Part shown: one piece after another, positions 62,268 through 64,000 of the stretch
Position numbering within the stretch: the first letter of the stretch is position 1
Layout of the letters: every line of letters starts with the position of its first letter
Origin: Candidatus Calditenuaceae archaeon
GTDB taxonomy: Archaea > Thermoproteota > Nitrososphaeria_A > Caldarchaeales > Calditenuaceae
Direction of reading: 5' to 3'
DNA length: 64,000 bases
Assembly (NCBI GenBank): GCA_025058225.1
Contig: JANXEE010000003.1
Span: 20,366 to 84,365 of the forward strand
Notes under the pieces: generated by a model
Database searches by the model: none
Told to the model about the DNA's origin: nothing
Seen by the model: the letters and a program-made list of their open reading frames with translations, nothing else
Program-made: the position numbers and the translations under genes

Positions 62268-63971
62268 TTGTACGCCGTCTATTTAATTGTGATGTCCGAA
62301 TCAGAGCGAAAGTGTGACGCGCTGATCGTGGGCAGCGGCGCTGCCGCCCTCGTGGGAGCTCTGGTGGTCAAGGTCGCAGGCTTCGAACCGATCGTGGTCG
62401 AGAAGACCGATCTTATCGGCGGGTCGAGCGCGATGTCGGGTGGGGGACTGTGGATCCCAAACAACCCCGTCATGAAGGAGATGGGCTACGTCGACTCGTT
62501 CGAGGCGGCTTTGACCTACCTGACCAACGTCGTGCCGGAAGCAGGAAGGGCGACATCACCGGAACGAATAAGGGCTTTTCTCGAGAACGGACCCAAGATG
62601 GTGAGCTTCCTCAGTGACTTGGGTTTCAGGTGGAGGGCCGCGGTGGGCTACCCGGACTACTACCCCGAGAAGCCTGGCGGCTCCGCGACCGGCAGGAGCA
62701 TCGAGGGCGCGGTCTTCGACGGCAGGAAGCTCGGCGAGTGGTTGGGGAGGCTTCGGAGGTATCCAGGTGCGCCGCCACTACCGATACACATCACCGACGC
62801 CGCAAAGCTCTACCTCATGAGGCGGACCGCGTCTGGACTGGCGACCGCCCTGAAGCTCGGCCTGATGACTGCGGGGTACAGGGTCCTCGGGAGGGTGCCG
62901 CTGACGCTCGGCGCATCGCTGGTCGGCCAGCTCCTTTGGCTCTGCCTTCAGAGGGGCGTGGAGGTCTGGCTGAATAGCCAGGTTGTCGACCTCATCGAGT
63001 CCGACGGGAAGATGGTGGGTGCGGTCGTTAAGAGGGAGGGCAGGTCCATCAGAGTAAGAACGAGGGGAGGTGTGCTCGTCGCCAGCGGAGGGTTCGAGCG
63101 GAACCAGGCCATGAGGGAACGTTACCTGCCGCGGCCCACGGATGCGAGGTGGACGGTTGGGTCACCGGGAAACACGGGAGACCTGATCGAGGTCGCTCAG
63201 AGGCACGGCGCTCAGGTCGCCCTGATGGATAAGGCCTGGGGAGGCCCTGTGATGATCACGCCCAAGGGCGAGACTTCGTTCGTCCTCGCGGAGAGGTCGC
63301 TTCCGTTCGGGATCATCGTCGACTCCTCAGGAGAGCGCTTCATGAACGAGTCCGCCTCCTACGTCGACTGCTGGAGGGCCCAGTACGAAAGGCACAAGAA
63401 GGTGAGCGCGATACCCGCGTGGCTGATCATCGACTCCAGACACAGGTCCTACTACCTCTTCGGGACGCTCCCCCCGGGACGGACCCCCGAGTCGGCGACC
63501 GGCCCCGGTTTTTTGATGCGCGCGAACACGCTGAGGGAGCTCGGTGAGAGGACAGGTGTAGATCCGACGGGTCTTGAGGCGACGGTTCGGAGGTTCAACG
63601 CGATGGCCCGATCTGGAAAGGACGAGGACTTCGGACGGGGTGACAGCGCCTACGACCGCTATTACAGCGACCCTAAGGTCAAGCCGAACCCGAACCTCGG
63701 CCCAATCGAGAAACCTCCCTACTACGCCACCGCGATATACCCGGGAGACCTCGGGACGTCGGGAGGGCTGCTGACCGACGAGCACGGCCGCGTCCTCCAC
63801 GTGGACGGTCATCCCATCGAGGGCCTCTACGCCGCAGGCAACGCCTCAGCATCGCCGTTCGGGGGCACCTATCCAGGTCCTGGATCGACGCTGGGACCGG
63901 CGTGCACGTTCGCCTACATCGCGATGAGGCACCTAGTCGACCGACTGAAGTCTTCCGCAGGTGGAGGTTAG
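62268..63971 (+). CDS. FAD-dependent oxidoreductase (KstD/fumarate-reductase flavoprotein-like)
   Basis: DALIVGSGAAALVGALVV (FAD dinucleotide fold), GGSSAMSGGGLWIP and C-terminal GLYAAGNAS...GPGSTLGP. The start is probably the internal Met (MSESERK). Substrate unknown. Confidence 0.65.
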   Translation: MYAVYLIVMSESERKCDALIVGSGAAALVGALVVKVAGFEPIVVEKTDLIGGSSAMSGGGLWIPNNPVMKEMGYVDSFEAALTYLTNVVPEAGRATSPERIRAFLENGPKMVSFLSDLGFRWRAAVGYPDYYPEKPGGSATGRSIEGAVFDGRKLGEWLGRLRRYPGAPPLPIHITDAAKLYLMRRTASGLATALKLGLMTAGYRVLGRVPLTLGASLVGQLLWLCLQRGVEVWLNSQVVDLIESDGKMVGAVVKREGRSIRVRTRGGVLVASGGFERNQAMRERYLPRPTDARWTVGSPGNTGDLIEVAQRHGAQVALMDKAWGGPVMITPKGETSFVLAERSLPFGIIVDSSGERFMNESASYVDCWRAQYERHKKVSAIPAWLIIDSRHRSYYLFGTLPPGRTPESATGPGFLMRANTLRELGERTGVDPTGLEATVRRFNAMARSGKDEDFGRGDSAYDRYYSDPKVKPNPNLGPIEKPPYYATAIYPGDLGTSGGLLTDEHGRVLHVDGHPIEGLYAAGNASASPFGGTYPGPGSTLGPACTFAYIAMRHLVDRLKSSAGGG

Positions 63972-64000
63972 GGTTAGGAGCAGAGGAGTAGTGGTGATAT

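Noticed and set aside
1-64000. CRISPR arrays, cas genes, transposases/IS elements, integrases, restriction-modification genes
   Set aside because: I looked for regularly spaced direct repeats in all non-coding stretches and for characteristic motifs in the ORF translations, and found none. Non-coding regions are short (mostly under 250 bp).

Overview
Hand annotation from the supplied sequence and ORF track only; no searches were run. This is a gene-dense archaeal chromosome segment, roughly 60% G+C by eye. Several features point to Thermoproteota/Crenarchaeota: a stand-alone 5S rRNA, a tRNA with two predicted introns, many GTG/TTG starts, and TATA-like boxes about 25-30 nt upstream of probably leaderless genes. 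It also carries AglB, Orc1/Cdc6, RFC large subunit, SMC-ScpA-ScpB and a proteasome beta subunit. A Thermofilum-like lineage is my guess only. About 70 protein genes are supportable, and most are housekeeping: EtfBA, NadE, archaeal PEP carboxylase, ArgF/ArgC/ArgD, PurA/PurB/GuaB, GGPP synthase, UppS, MoeA, Ogt and an NFACT/RqcH homolog. RNA genes are tRNA-Asp(GTC), an intron-containing tRNA-Leu(TAA) and the 5S rRNA. No CRISPR array, transposase or integrase was recognised. Two regions look accessory. (1) At 17.2-25.3 kb, two tightly coupled operons diverge from one AT-rich spacer. One encodes an apparently intact terminase-large-subunit-like ATPase/nuclease coupled to an ABC-ATPase/GNAT fusion protein. 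The other encodes a head-tail-connector-like protein, small membrane proteins and a Zn-ribbon protein. Two RHH genes and a YafJ-type amidotransferase/beta-CASP nuclease pair lie alongside. I could not recognise a capsid, portal, protease or integrase gene, so this is the best candidate for an undescribed virus-derived system. (2) At 46.9-49.7 kb, a visibly lower-GC island of bacterial-type genes (DUF4256, PhnB-like VOC protein, a decayed MoaD-E1 gene) is bracketed by tRNA-Leu and tRNA-Leu-derived fragments. Gene decay is also visible: an internally deleted thi4 and a +1-frameshifted Thr-rich surface protein. Start codons are often uncertain because the ORF track extends to the most upstream ATG/GTG/TTG; revised starts are given where supported.
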